64,000 nucleotides of DNA from Octopus sinensis. Taxonomy: Eukaryota. Below the pieces are notes generated by a model. That model did no database searches. It worked only from the letters and a program-made list of their open reading frames with translations, and was not told the origin of the DNA. Below are positions 28,007-41,697 of the stretch, piece after piece. The position numbers and the translations under genes are program-made. The first letter of the stretch is position 1. The number at the start of each line of letters is the position of its first letter. Location of the stretch: NCBI RefSeq assembly GCF_006345805.1, contig NC_043003.1, positions 42,098,001-42,162,000 on the forward strand, read 5' to 3'.

Positions 28007-29563
28007 TGTATGTATGTATGTATGTATGTATGTGTGTATGTATGTGTGTGTGGGTATGTATGTATGTATGTATGCATTCATGTATGTGTGTATGTATGTA
28101 TGTATATATGTATGTAAGTATGCATGTATGTATGTATGTATGTATGTATGTATGTATGTATGTATGTATGTATGTATGCATGTATGTGTATATATGTGTG
28201 TGTGTGAATACCAGTTGATCATCGTTTTGTATTCCCTTTGCGTTTCATAAACTCATATTAAGCTTGATAGGCTCTCCTGCCCTCCCAATTGACGACTGTG
28301 AACGGCTGACAAAACTCCAGATGCGAAACGTCCATCTTTTGCTCACGTTGACACAGGAATTTTGCACTGTTAATGTGATGAGCTGGGAAAGAAAATAAGT
28401 GACATCAGAAAAGCGGTCGAGAAATACTGGCAGATGGTAGTTAAAAAAAAAGACGAGCATCTGTCTCCAGGTACAGAAAGACCGTCGTGGGCGGCTTCAG
28501 ACAGAATATTTTCTTGTTATTTTTCAACCTCATGTCAAATCTAATCCTCCAGACTTATTCAAAGTCGTTCTTTTTAGCGTTGAACACCTTTTTTGGTTTA
28601 TTTTTCCGTTTTTTTCAATTACTACTTTATAGCTAGGTTGGTTCACGGTCTTTAAAAGATATTAGGGTATATACTTTGCGAATATTTGGTTACTATTTCT
28701 AGTAGGTCAAACGAACGCCCTGAGATTAACGAATTGTCGCTGTAGATTGTATATTAAGGCAATTTCTTGTTGTGTATGATGCGGAAATGACGGCACTTCT
28801 AATTTAGTAAGATGTATGTTATTCAGGAACTTAAGCTGTATTTTCAACGATAGCTTTTTTTTGCAAGCATTTTTCTATTCATGACTGGCTTCTACTTCAT
28901 TCCTTCGTCAGATTTTTTCCTAACACTAAACTGAACAACAAACTATACATAATTATCAGACCCTTTAACAACATTAATAGAAATGGAAAGATTGATTAAT
29001 TAATTATGAATGTCTAAATAAGAAAGTAAAAATAATTGCAATGTCATAGAAATATGCAACCGCCCAAACAATTTAAGAATCTAACATAACTTTGTGGTAA
29101 CGCAATAATTTTGAAAAACAAAGAGAGCAGAAATACGAAACAGTAGAGGAAATTTAGCAAAAGAGGAAACGAAAGATTGATGATGTTAAATACGAATTCT
29201 CGCATTTTTACACAGAATAACCAACTTCATTTTTTATGGATAAGATATGTACAGCAATCTACAAAATAGGGGAGGAAATGTTTTTGAGAATGTTTTTGCT
29301 TAAGAAGCATGTGAAAATAAAAACACAAACGATACATTCTATTGTACGCTAATCAAATAGCTTGTATTAGAATAAGTTACGAAGATACACATAATATCTT
29401 TATATATTGACGAAGGCATGACTATATCTTGTAGATGTTCGTTCATTTCGAGTTTTGTCGCGCTTGACGGGGCGGATGAGATGTAAATAACAGAATAAAA
29501 ATCGGCAGAGGGAAGTTTAAGAAAACAAAAGCAAATATTTGAGATGTATGGATAAATGTCTCC

Positions 29564-29968
29564 AGGCACGGGAGTAGCTGTGTGGTAAGTATCTTGCTTA
29601 CAAACCACATGGTTCCGGGTTCAATCCTACTGCGTGGCACCTTGAGCAAGTGTCTTCTACTATAGCCTCGGGCCGACCAAAGCCTTGTGAATGACGGAAA
29701 CTGAAATAAGCCCGTCGTATATATGTATGGTTATATGTATGTGTGTGTGTGTATATGTTTGTCTGTCTGTGTTTGTCCCCCCGCCAACATCGCTCGACAA
29801 CCGATGTTCGTGTGTTTACGTCCCCGTAACGAAGCGGTTCGGCGTAAGTGACCGATAGAATAAGTACTAGGCTTACAAAAAATAGATCCTGGGGTCGATT
29901 TGCTCGACTGAAGGCGGTGCTGCAGCATGGTCGCAATCAAATGATTGAAGTAAAATAGTAAAGAGAGT
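29564..29968 (+). mobile_element. Full-length SINE family A
   Basis: Head, internal microsatellite and tail all present. Confidence 0.92.
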
Positions 29969-30081
29969 ATGTGTGTGTGTGTGTGTGGTGTGTGTGTGTG
30001 TGTGTGTGTACATGCGTGTATGTGCGCGTGTATTATTTTATTAATATATTCTTTTATTCTTTTATTCTCTTTTATTCACGT

Positions 30082-30415
30082 TTCAGCCCTAAAGCTCTGG
30101 CCAAACTGGGGTACTGCCAGTGTAATCACCTTTTCAATGGTCAATCATGTGTAACTGGTTTTGGGCGAAGGAGGCATTTCGACACAACAGTCCTCTTTTT
30201 AGTCTCCTGTCTTGATACTGGATAATCTGCACTTGTTTCTTGAAATCTTCTACCCCCACCAATGCACGGAGATCCCGCAGATATTTTGGCAAGGCGTTAA
30301 GTACTTGTGGCCCCTTGAATCTCAAGCTATTACGGTGTATGTTCCTAACTCTAGATGGGTTAGCTGGGTCCTTTGGAACAATGCAGTGACGTCCAGTTAG
30401 AGGTCTGATTGACAA
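30082..30415 (-). mobile_element. CR1/L2-group LINE 3' end
   Basis: TGRHCIVPKDPANPSRVRNIHRNSLRFKGPQVLNALPKYLRDL aligns to the end of the 42553 ORF; tail at 30082-30120. Confidence 0.85.
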
Positions 30416-31229
30416 TGTATTGATTCAGCCGGAAAAATTTGCCTGAGTTGCTACGCAACGTCACGGAACCCAAAATAATGTAGATGTAACAACACAGGCA
30501 TTCCAGTTTCAACGTCCGTCTGTGTGAATATTGCTTGAATTTTTTTTTTATACTATAAAGCAAAAAAAATATTTTTCTATACTAATTATTTCTAATATTT
30601 GATAAATCTACAGAGTAGAAAACGGTACTTTTAAAGCATTTGTACTTTTCAAATTCTTGATAAGAGAAAGGTGTAACTTTAAGTAGATTATAATCTATTT
30701 CACTGGGTATAAGTGGAATAATATTTTCATTACATCTTAACTCTGTGATTAGGCAATTGGTTTATGCCGCCCTAAGCGTGATACACTATCATGTTCGCAG
30801 TTCTTTCATTCAGTTATATGTCTAAGTTAAACTTAGGTAATCGAGCGAATAAACCGTTCTGTGTATAGCTGTGTGTGAATACTCGTATCAATGTGTGTTT
30901 GTGTGACATTAGAAGAACATAAGACTATATATTGCATTTTCTTCAGTAATGTGCAAATTCAGACGGAGATTAAAACGACTATTTAAGAGCATCTAAGTAC
31001 AGGAAGGGTAGGAACAATGATTCGAAACCGCTATGCTGTGCGAAAACCGTATGAAATTAATAGTTACTCAACACCATAATGTACTTGAACAAATTACGAA
31101 GTTAAATCCCCTGGAGGAAACATGTGGGTCTAAAAAAACCGAAAGATCACGGGGTTGACCTATTTGAGTGTCCTTAATTCATGTTCGGTACAAACAGGAC
31201 CTACCCCGTTCCTTTAAAACAACAGATAT

Positions 31230-31291
<62 letters not shown>

Positions 31292-31326
31292 TATATATAT
31301 GTATGTATATACACATACATACATAT

Positions 31327-31439
<113 letters not shown>

Positions 31440-31528
31440 CATACATTTATGTATAGATATATATATACATATATATACAATATATATGTATGTATGTATC
31501 TGTCTATCTATCTATCTATCTATCTATC

Positions 31529-31559
<31 letters not shown>

Positions 31560-31591
31560 ATATATATATATATAATATATATATATATATG

Positions 31592-31640
<49 letters not shown>

Positions 31641-31705
31641 GTATGTATATATGTATGTATATATATATATATATATATGTAGATATATATATATATATAT
31701 ATATC

Positions 31706-31745
<40 letters not shown>

Positions 31746-32294
31746 CATATATACATATCCACCTTATCTATGTTCCTTATACCAGCCCCTCACACGATTC
31801 ATGGTGCCATATAATACCTTCCAATTCCTATTCTTATCCTTTTGATTTTTTTGCTTCCACGTTTATGGTTTTCGTTTTGTCGCTCATATTACTTTAATTT
31901 TTGTTGCTGTTATTATTGTTATGGGTATTATTGGCGTTGTTATTGTTATGCTTGTTTTCCTTTCTTGCTGCTGAAGTCACCGCTGTTTGTTATTTGCCCC
32001 CTTGTTGTTGTTGTTTATGGCCTTTCACTTATTTCCAGTTTCATTAGTTACTTGGAAATTTTGTTAGGGATATTATTGGGGGGGGGGGGGGTGCTGTTAT
32101 ACATGTTGTTGCCGCTGTTGTTGTTGTTGTTGTTGTTGTTGTTGTACGGGTTGTTATTTCATCATTTAACAAAGTTAACTTAGCACAAAATGGAGGAAAT
32201 GAATGGCGTATGTTTAACTTACGATGTCTCCTGTTGCTGGTGATTATGGCGTCACTAAAAGTGATGGCAAATGATCACTACAGTATGTATAATA

Positions 32295-32328
<34 letters not shown>

Positions 32329-32419
32329 GATATATATATATATATATAATATAACATATATATATATATATGTCTGTGTATATATATATATATATTATAT
32401 GTGTATATCTGTATATAAT

Positions 32420-32480
<61 letters not shown>

Positions 32481-32500
32481 ATTGTATATATGTATATATG

Positions 32501-32541
<41 letters not shown>

Positions 32542-32929
32542 GTATATATATATATATGTATATATGTGTGTGAGTATGTATGAATATAGGCATGTATGTA
32601 TGTATGTATGTAGGTATGTATGTATGTATCTATGTGTGTGTGTGTGTGTGTGGCAGTTTGGCAGTGCTAAATGAAGGTTATTTGATTTTAAAAGGAAGTG
32701 ATGTGTATATTGTAATTCAGTTTTTATGCCTTTTGTTCCTTCTTCCTGTCTGCGCGTCAGTTTTTGCATTACGTTCGCATTAGCTTGATGTTTGGGTGGG
32801 TGGTTGTTGGGAGAGACTTTTTGCACGGTATAATTGGGTCGGACCCTACGATGCGTATAATGTTTTAATCATCATCAACATCGGCATCGTCGTCAACGTT
32901 TTAATCGTCTTCATCGTCAACATCATCAT

Positions 32930-33289
32930 TCATCATCATCATCATCATCATCATCATACTGCTACGGGCTCGCTCTCTCCATTTGCTTCTTCCTTCTTCT
33001 TTTTTCTTCTTCTTCTCTTCTTCTTCTTCTCTTCTTCTTCTTCTTCTTCTTCTCTTCTTCTTCTTCTTCTTCTTCTTCTCTTCTTCTTCTTCTTCTTCTT
33101 CTCTTCTTCTTCTTCTTCTTCTTCTTCTTCTTCTTCTTCTTCTCTTCTCTTCTTCTACCTCCTCCTCCTCCAACGCCGGCGAGCCAAGTGAAACTTGAAA
33201 AAGTGTATCAGGTATCCGGGCTCGGCAAAGAGAAAATCTCTGTCCTCATGCCTTTTTAGCCTCATCCACCAGACAACCTCAGTAATAAC

Positions 33290-33350
<61 letters not shown>

Positions 33351-33370
33351 TAATAATAATAATAATAATG

Positions 33371-33446
<76 letters not shown>

Positions 33447-33619
33447 GTGTTGTTTATCTTGATATCACTATGTCGCGCACATATGGTTGCGATGCATGTG
33501 CCTGGTGTACCATTATCAGACGGGTTATTATGATAGGTATACTAGGCTTCATATATTTTACCCCAGTGTCACTTTTACGTCAGGCACTTCTCACTCACTC
33601 AATAATAATAATGATGAGC

Positions 33620-33659
<40 letters not shown>

Positions 33660-33660
33660 A
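32930..33660. repeat. Cluster of trinucleotide microsatellites (CAT)n, (CTT)n, (AAT)n, (GAT)n
   Basis: Directly visible; explains the poly-H/S/E/I/M ORFs in the track. Confidence 0.95.
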
Positions 33661-33951
33661 AACATGATTTCATTTATTTGCCACAGGAGCGATTGATAAG
33701 CGGGACAAAACAGAGACAGACATAAAGTGTTGGGATTTACATATAATTAAATGATAAAAAATGCTTTCTAATCGATAACCAAATCACCAGGTCTTACGAA
33801 TATATATATATATATATATATATATAGTGTGTGGTGTGTGTGTGTGTGTGTGTGTGTATACATACATAGTTTCCGTACACATTCGCTAGCGTTCTTGCAA
33901 AAAAGTCTAATGCGTTTAGCTTAGACTTTTTGGTGGAGACAACCAGATCGA

Positions 33952-34028
33952 ACTGTCTCAAGTGTAACTGCCCGAAACAGTAAAGACGTCTAGTATACTT
34001 GACTGAGGAAAGAAGGTCACGAATGACC
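33952..34028 (+). ncRNA. Hammerhead-like motif with non-canonical strand order, or a rearranged tandem hammerhead
   Basis: actg-UC-tcaagtgta, ccc-GAAA-cagt, tatacttga-CUGAGGA, then hairpin ggtca-cgaa-tgacc. Stem I is 9 bp (one G-U) and stem III is 4 bp plus A-U, both in exact register. Confidence 0.55.
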
Positions 34029-34133
34029 CGCCTTTTTTTGCCTCTCCTTCTAATTGTTGTTTCTCCTGTCCACCTTTGTATTGTCTATCTGTCTGATTGT
34101 TTTATTGTCCTCAATTGCATTTTTGTTCCATTT

Positions 34134-34194
<61 letters not shown>

Positions 34195-34429
34195 CATACA
34201 GATAATAGCATTACTAAGCACCGCAGACCTCCAGCGTAGAGCACTTTCAATACAGTGAAAAAAACAACAACACCAACACATGCCACAGCATACACCCAAG
34301 GCACACACCATGGCGCTCGTTAGTACAGTAAAAGCACCTGATAAAAATTAGACTACTGAATAATAACGATGATGATGTTGATGATGATGATGATGATGAT
34401 TATGATGATGATAGTAATAACAATTCTTT

Positions 34430-34615
34430 CTACTCTAGGTAGACGGCTTAACAATTTTTATATGGGAAGGGGTTAACTGATTACACCGACACCAGTGCTC
34501 AACTTGTATCTAGTTTATCGACCTCGAAAGTGTGAAAGGCAAAATCGATCTGGGCGGTATTTTAACTCAGAACGGGAAGATGGACGAAATGCAGCTACAT
34601 CTACGCAGAAAGGAA
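34430..34615 (-). mobile_element. SINE family C, degenerate
   Basis: tttatcgacctcgaaag...aaaggcaaaatcgatc...aactcagaacg...ggacgaaatgc. Confidence 0.65.
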
Positions 34616-34755
34616 GAGAGTCCCTTTAGCTTTAGATGGCAAGCCGGAGAAGATGTCTCGATAAAAGCACTGGTGGGTGTGACATATCACCAATGCCACC
34701 CTCTGCATAAGTGTAATGCATTATCTGAAGAGTGTTGTTTTTGATTTTTGGAAAG

Positions 34756-36161
34756 CACGGTATGCAATTAACGGACCTTAAGACTAAATTCACGTTTACC
34801 TTACAAAACTATAACACGACCCAAGGGGAATATTGTTGTCATTTAGTTTTTACCTGATTTGGAGGTTTTTTGATAGGCTGAATCCAAAAATGAATTCATC
34901 CTTTACCATCATATCTGGATATCGATTAACCCACACCCAATTTTCTCAATTTTCGTAATTATCCTCGTTTTTCAGGAAAATGCTATGTTTACCTGAAAAA
35001 TTTAATATAAAAATTTCGAACTTGATGGATAGGAAGTGTCAACCAAACCAGAGGAAGCCAAGGATAATGCGAGTTTCTTTGGCACTAGCTTATAAGATTA
35101 CTGTTTTACTCTTTTATCTGTTTCAGTCATTTGACTATGGCCATGCTGGAGCACCGCCTTCAGTCGAGCAAATCGTCCTCCGGGCTTATTCTTTGTAAGC
35201 CTAGTATATATTCTGTCGATCTATTTTGCCGAACCGCTATGTTACGTGGACGTAAACACACCAGTATCGGTTGTCAAGCGATGTTGGTGGGGGGCCAGAC
35301 ACACAAAACATATACACACACATACATATATATGACAGGCTTCTTTCAGTTTCCGTCTACCAAATACACTCACATGGCTTCGGTCGGCCTGAGGTTATAG
35401 TAGAAGACACTTGCCCAAGGTGCCATGCAGTGGGACTGAACCCGGACCATGTGGTTCGTAAGCAAGCTACTTACCACACAGTCACTCCTGCGCCTAGATT
35501 CACAGCAATTTGACCAAAATATTTTCTGGGCAACAAGAAACCAGTCGACTATGCTGAAATAGTTGACAACATGCTGGAGAGTTTCGAAAATTTGTGAGCA
35601 TAAAGCTTCATTATGTCCCCAGTCACCTTAATAAATTACCTGAAAATCGTGGTGACACATGCGACAAGAATGGAGAACGTTTCCATCAGGGTATAAAATC
35701 GATAGAACAAAGGTATCAAGCCACATGGAACATACACATGATGGTGGACTATTGCAGAGACTCAGATCGTGATCTTCCTGAGGCTCAACACACAAAATAA
35801 TCAGACACACACAAGTTCATGGGAAATTAAACATAAACAATGATGTAATTTGTTTGAAGAAATTAAAAAAAATTATGCAAGTTTTTCTTTAGTAGAATTT
35901 AAAAAAAAAACATTCTGGTTTTGAAAAAAATCTATTTTCTATGTATGTTTTTGTGTCATCTTGTATCCGCTTTTAGCTTTCTTATCGAATAAAATAAACG
36001 AAAACAGCAACAAAAAACAGAATAACATTCTTTTGAAGCAGTATCTTAAAATCTTGGCGTGATGGTAATAAATGGGTATGATTTATCGAATTCTGTGTAA
36101 CAAAAAACCTTAGTTCAGGTCCAAATCGACATAGAAGAAAGAATACTTTGTTCGCCCGGTG
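34756..36161 (+). mobile_element. Internally deleted DNA transposon, Chapaev/CMC-like
   Basis: Starts CAC, ends GTG. Remnant FLGN..MSIKLHYVPSHL..PEN.G..DKNGERFHQ.I..IEQRYQ..W..HMMVDYC resembles the SDEHGERFHQ...MLADYCW transposase C-terminus. Family assignment is from memory of the motif. Confidence 0.65.
35101..35496 (-). mobile_element. Full-length SINE family A nested in the Chapaev-like element
   Basis: Reverse complement of 41013-41426. Confidence 0.92.
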
Positions 36162-36719
36162 TGATTCATGGTCATGTTCCCAGCATGAAGAAGTTATGAT
36201 AATTTAGGACTGATAAGGGAGTTGAAGAGGCAAAATGGTTAGGATATTGTGCATGACACTTTGCACTATATAGTTACTTCACTTTGTTTCCTGGTTGCTA
36301 ATCCTGACGCGGTAGAGAAAATAAAGTACCAGTTTTGTACTTCGTCATTGTTAGCGAGCATTATTATCTCCTCTTGCAGTTGTTGGTCTTATGACTAAGT
36401 AATTCAATAGAAATGGCGAATGTACGAGTCGATGAGGAAGCAAACATACACGCTTTTACTAGGTTTATTTGTCTTTAGAAAATCAACTTCATATTGAATA
36501 ATGTAGTACTAGAAAGATGTAGTATTGGCGAAAACAAACGACTGTACGTAAAATGCTTCCGATTAGAGATATGAACAACCAGATATGGACAGAAATAAAC
36601 AATAACAAGAAAGATAAGAGAAGTTTGAGCAGAATGTATCATACTGTTAAAGCATCAAGCAGGTTGACATGCTATAATTTTGTGAACATTTGTGTGATTT
36701 AAAACGAAAATGAATGGAT

Positions 36720-36799
<80 letters not shown>

Positions 36800-37139
36800 G
36801 GAAAGGGAGGGTGAAGCAGAGAGACACAGATAGACAGACAGACAGATAAACTGCTAGATAAATATATGTCATTACTCTTGTTCGAATATTCTTTAATACT
36901 CAAATAAATAAACTGCTTCACATCTTATCACATTTATCAATTTGAATCAAAATGAAATCCATGTGAAAATTGGACGCATATATGTGCAGAAAAAAACGTA
37001 CGTATATATATATATATATATATTGGTTGGCCAAGAAATTTGACATCATTTGAGATGTCCATATCGGAATGACCACAAAGTCAAAAGAAATTAAAATTAA
37101 TACGCGTAATTTTGTGAACGAAAAATTCTGAGATGCTAA

Positions 37140-37867
37140 TTTTATGTTTCAAAGTTATCACGGCTCTTTGAGATGGCGTGGAACACATTCACGTTTGGTG
37201 AGTCCCTTTCGTGTTCAGTTACGCCCCAAATACGAAGATTTTGCTTGTTCACTTTGCCAATCGTATGAAATGTGACCTCGTCTCTGAAAACAAGATGGTT
37301 TTCAAAGTCGCCATCTTCGAGTTTATTTTTTATACCTTCACAGAAAGATTTACGCATTTGCTTGTCAACCGGCTTTAAATTCTGTACAAGCTGAAGCTTG
37401 CAGGGATCAGCCACAAGCGTTTTCTTAGGACACACCAAACAGTTGACTTGGAGATCCTGGTTTTCAGGCTTGCTCTTCACACGGATACTTTCGAATACAA
37501 CGAAGCATTTTCCGATGTTGCTTAACCATATCTTCTGAAACTGATGGCCGTCCAGGTCCTTTTTCTCTGATAAAAACAGCCTTCCGCTATAAACTTCTAA
37601 TGCCACGTTCAAATCTGCTTCCCTGTTAGTACCTGTTTATGAAATCTATCAATTACGTTGCACATTTACATTTGACTGAGTTTCGGCGTACTTCAATACA
37701 CAAAACACATTTTTGTTGCAGTAGACGACATGTTAAGAAAAACATAAAAACTATCATATTTTAAAAATGTATTAAATTCTAGACATACTGCTAAAATTTA
37801 AGGCAATTTGGACGAAATATGTTCCCGTTATATGATGAAATGGTGTGAAACTTTTGGGGACAGGCTG
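37140..37867 (-). mobile_element. Tc1/mariner 5' fragment, rosa/DD41D-like motifs
   Basis: PCKLQLVQNLKP...LVFRDEVTFHTIGKVNKQNLRIWG...HERDSPNVNVF; TIR start TA|cagcctgtccccaaaagtt at 37867. Confidence 0.8.
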
Positions 37868-37871
37868 TATG

Positions 37872-37923
<52 letters not shown>

Positions 37924-38113
37924 ATATATATATATATATGTGTGTATGTGTGTGTGGTGTGTGTGTGTGTGTATATATTGTATATATGTGCACACACACA
38001 TATATATACAGTTAATCCAAACATGAAAACACAAAGAGAAGCAAAACGCGAGGACGTGGAACAAGTATAGTGTTATTGGACGCTCAGGAAAGGAAAGAAG
38101 GAATACACACACA

Positions 38114-38200
<87 letters not shown>

Positions 38201-38394
38201 CTATATGAATATATATGTGTGTGTGTGCGTATATGAAGAAAAAGAATGTAGAAGAGAAGGAAGAAGAAGGAATAAGAAAAAGAATTGGGGAGAGGTCAAA
38301 ATCGTTTAAGAAGGTCATTAACGCATACCAAAATTACAAGAATTTGTCGGGGTAAACAACTTGGGGTTGGTGCTGGTAAACAGGGCATAGAAGG

Positions 38395-38441
<47 letters not shown>

Positions 38442-38896
38442 AATTCATATTTATATGCGCATACATGATGTGTATTTGATTATGTATATCTATATTATAA
38501 TACTGCTGATTAGGGGAGAATAACAGCTAATTCAGACTATCCATTTTTTATTCATTTTACTGCTAGTGATTCAGGGAGTAGATTATCAAAGAGCATAACG
38601 TCTCAACAAATATACAATTACTGTAATATAAGTGAAGCAATATAATGATATGAAAGGCGACATATTTACAGCTCATTATAAACGCAAACACATGCACATA
38701 GGCACTGACATACACACAAAGACACACATACTTACACACACACATACACACATACACAAACGCACACACACATGCGCACACACGCACATACACAACTGGG
38801 GTAAGGAGAAAGCTTGCGAAACACATGGTGCCCTGCGGATAGCACTTTACTCTAGAATCTTCTGCTATAGTGCCGAAGAGAGAGAGAAAGAGAGAG

Positions 38897-38954
<58 letters not shown>

Positions 38955-39000
38955 AAGAGAAGCAGGGAGAGAGAGAAATAGAGAGAAGGAGAGAGAGAAA

Positions 39001-39007
39001 GAGATAT

Positions 39008-39096
<89 letters not shown>

Positions 39097-39223
39097 TAGA
39101 TAGATAGATAAGACAGACAGATAGATAGATAGATAAGACAGACAGATAAGACAGACAGATAGATAAGATAGACAGATAGATAGATAGACAGATAAGACAG
39201 ACAGATAGATAGATAGATAGATA
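39001..39223. repeat. (GATA)n/(GACA)n compound array abutting the Tx1-like 3' end
   Basis: Directly visible. Confidence 0.95.
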
Positions 39224-40445
39224 TGTTTCTTTATTAGCCACACAGGGCTGCACACAGATAGAACAAATTACAAGGTAGAGCTTTTCTTTTGAAGGTTTTA
39301 AAAAAAAAAAAAAAAAAAAAAAGGGGGAGGGAGTTCGATCAAAAGGGATCGTAAAAGGAGAGAAAGAGGACAAAAAAAGGGGGGTTAAAAAAAAAATTTT
39401 AAAAAAAAAAAAAAGGGGGAGAGGAAAAAAAATTGATCAATAGGGATCGTTATCACAGAAATGTCAATATGAAGTGTAAAGGGGAGGACAGGTGAGGTTT
39501 ACCCGTGGAAAGAAAAGCCTACGGAAAAGACCACGGTAACCTCGGTCAATGAAGTCACATTTTATATTCTTTTTTTCTTTTTTTTTTTTTTTGCAAATAA
39601 GCAACTCTCTGTTTTCGATTTCTGGGTCATAGGACTATGCTCAAGGTGGCTTCGTCATTCATACGTGCCATTCTTGCTACATTCACCCATCTTTTTTTAA
39701 AACATTCGCTAGACAAAACTTGCCTCTCTACTCTCACTTTCCTTTTCAAGTGGTACTTGAAGAAGTTGATGAGAGATTGACCAGAGAGGGAGGGTGTTTG
39801 TCTCCAATCCTTTCAGACGCGTCCACCAGATACATTCTTTCGCCATAGCCACAAGGATGATGAAAATAGCTCTTCCTTCCCGTTTGAAGGAAGGAGGCGT
39901 GACAATATTGACGATAGACTCAGCTGATAAACCGACTCGTCCCACACGTGACAGCAGTTGTTCGACATAAGCCCACAGGTCGGAAATTGTTGGACACTGA
40001 ACGAGTGCGTGCAGAACGGTTTCGTCGCTCTGACCGCATCTCGGGCAGGTCGGCCCCGTGTTTCTCGAGCCGTGTCTGTAGAGCTTATCCCGAACGGGTA
40101 GCGCTTCTCGGTAGCAATGCCAGGCCAGGGATCTCTGGAAGTTGTCCATGGGCCCTGGCCCGAAAGTCGTCCCGAACAGGCGGGTCAGGTACTCCTCGTC
40201 GACGTCCAGGTTCGCCCGAGCTCGTCGTCGTACCTCCCCTCCACTAAACCCCTATAGAATGCTTTGGTTGTATTGAAGTCACTTAAGGTCGACCCAGGAC
40301 GGCAGAGTTGCTTGAGAGCAACGCGACACTCGCGGTGCCATTCGCCCTTCCTCGGCCTCTTTTTGATCCACGACTGCAGTTCGGTCATGGAGACGAGCTG
40401 CGGGAAAGCGTGCCTCACAAACGGCGACCACACCTGTTCACCGTC
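39224..40445 (-). mobile_element. 5'-truncated Tx1/L1-group LINE (ORF2 C-terminus, CCHC zinc finger, 3' UTR)
   Basis: Joining two single-base frameshifts gives ...AWHCYREALPVRDKL...CPRCGQSDETVLHALVQC...RWVNVARM...SIVL* (stop 39627-39629); AATAAA at 39230-39235. Confidence 0.9.
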
Positions 40446-40549
<104 letters not shown>

Positions 40550-41012
40550 GGTATCATAAGATGCCCGGAATAGTTATATTTAATAAGAAAAATTTTTTGC
40601 CTATGTTTTACATACATCAACTCCTGCATAATCGCCATATCGCGCAGAATACGTGGTTCCTAGCGTTTCTGCCGCTTTTGAAATCCGGCCTAGAAGCCGT
40701 TTTCCGTTAGTGAACCAGGAACGTTTTGTGGTTAGCCCGGGATATCGACAACGGTGTTATATATGTATATAAAGAAAACGGAAAATGGAGGTAATATTAA
40801 TGAACAACAGTTGATTTGCATCAATTATTATAATTATTAATAGTTTACAAACAGATTACATCCCATCGAACGGCTGTTTTTGCTGCCAATGATCTTTGGA
40901 ATTACCATTATGATGCTGATAGAATATGTATCATATTTTGTAATAAAACCGATTTGAATCATAGAGCTTTATCAGAGTGGATAATATATAAATGAAAATA
41001 AGAGACATATAT

Positions 41013-41185
41013 TAGGCGCAGGAGTGGCTGTGTGGTAAGTAGCTTGCTAACCAACCACATGGTTCCGGGTTCAGTCCCACTGCGTGGCATCTTGGGCAAG
41101 TGTCTTCTGCTATAGCCCCGGGCTGACCAATGCCTTGTGAGTGGATTTGGTAGACGGAAACTGAAAGAAGCCTGTCGTATATATG

Positions 41186-41216
<31 letters not shown>

Positions 41217-41426
41217 ATGTTTGTGTGTCTCTGTTTGTCCCCCTAGCATTGACAACCGATGCTGGTGTGTTTACGTCCCCGTCACTTAGCGGTTCGGCAA
41301 AAGAAACCGATAGAATAACTACTGGGCTTACAAAGAATAAGTCCCGGGGTCGATTTGCTCGACCAAAGGCGGTGCTCCAGCATGGCCGCAGTCAAATGAC
41401 TGAAACAAGTAAAAGAGTAAAGAGAG
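41013..41426 (+). mobile_element. Full-length young SINE family A (reference copy)
   Basis: tRNA-like head (tggctgtgtggtaag, gggttcagtccc), central microsatellite, 3' tail with cagtca-aa-tgactg hairpin. Confidence 0.95.
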
Positions 41427-41544
41427 ACAAGAAAAGAAGACAGAAAGGTTGAACATGGTGGGAGTCATGTCTTTTTACGTGTAGCGTCACTGGACGTCGC
41501 GGCATGAGAAAACCGTTAATTTTGTAGAAGCCACCTAATGGCAA

Positions 41545-41697
41545 GAGAAAATAAGGGCGACCACCTTCATCGATGATCTCAAGCCTTTGACATTTCATGA
41601 GATGAAGCTAAAATCGCGGCATCCGACCGACCTCCCTGGAGGAACCTTGCCGACCAATGCACCACACGGCGCAGGAGGACCTAAGCCCTAAGATATG
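41545..41697 (+). mobile_element. RTE-clade LINE extreme 3' end
   Basis: GRP..FIDDL...IAASDRPPWRNLADQCTTRRRRT* followed by ctaag repeats. Confidence 0.65.

Noticed and set aside
28305-28350. ctgacaaaa...gaaacgt...acgtt hammerhead-like string
   Set aside because: No stem II or stem I, and a defective core.
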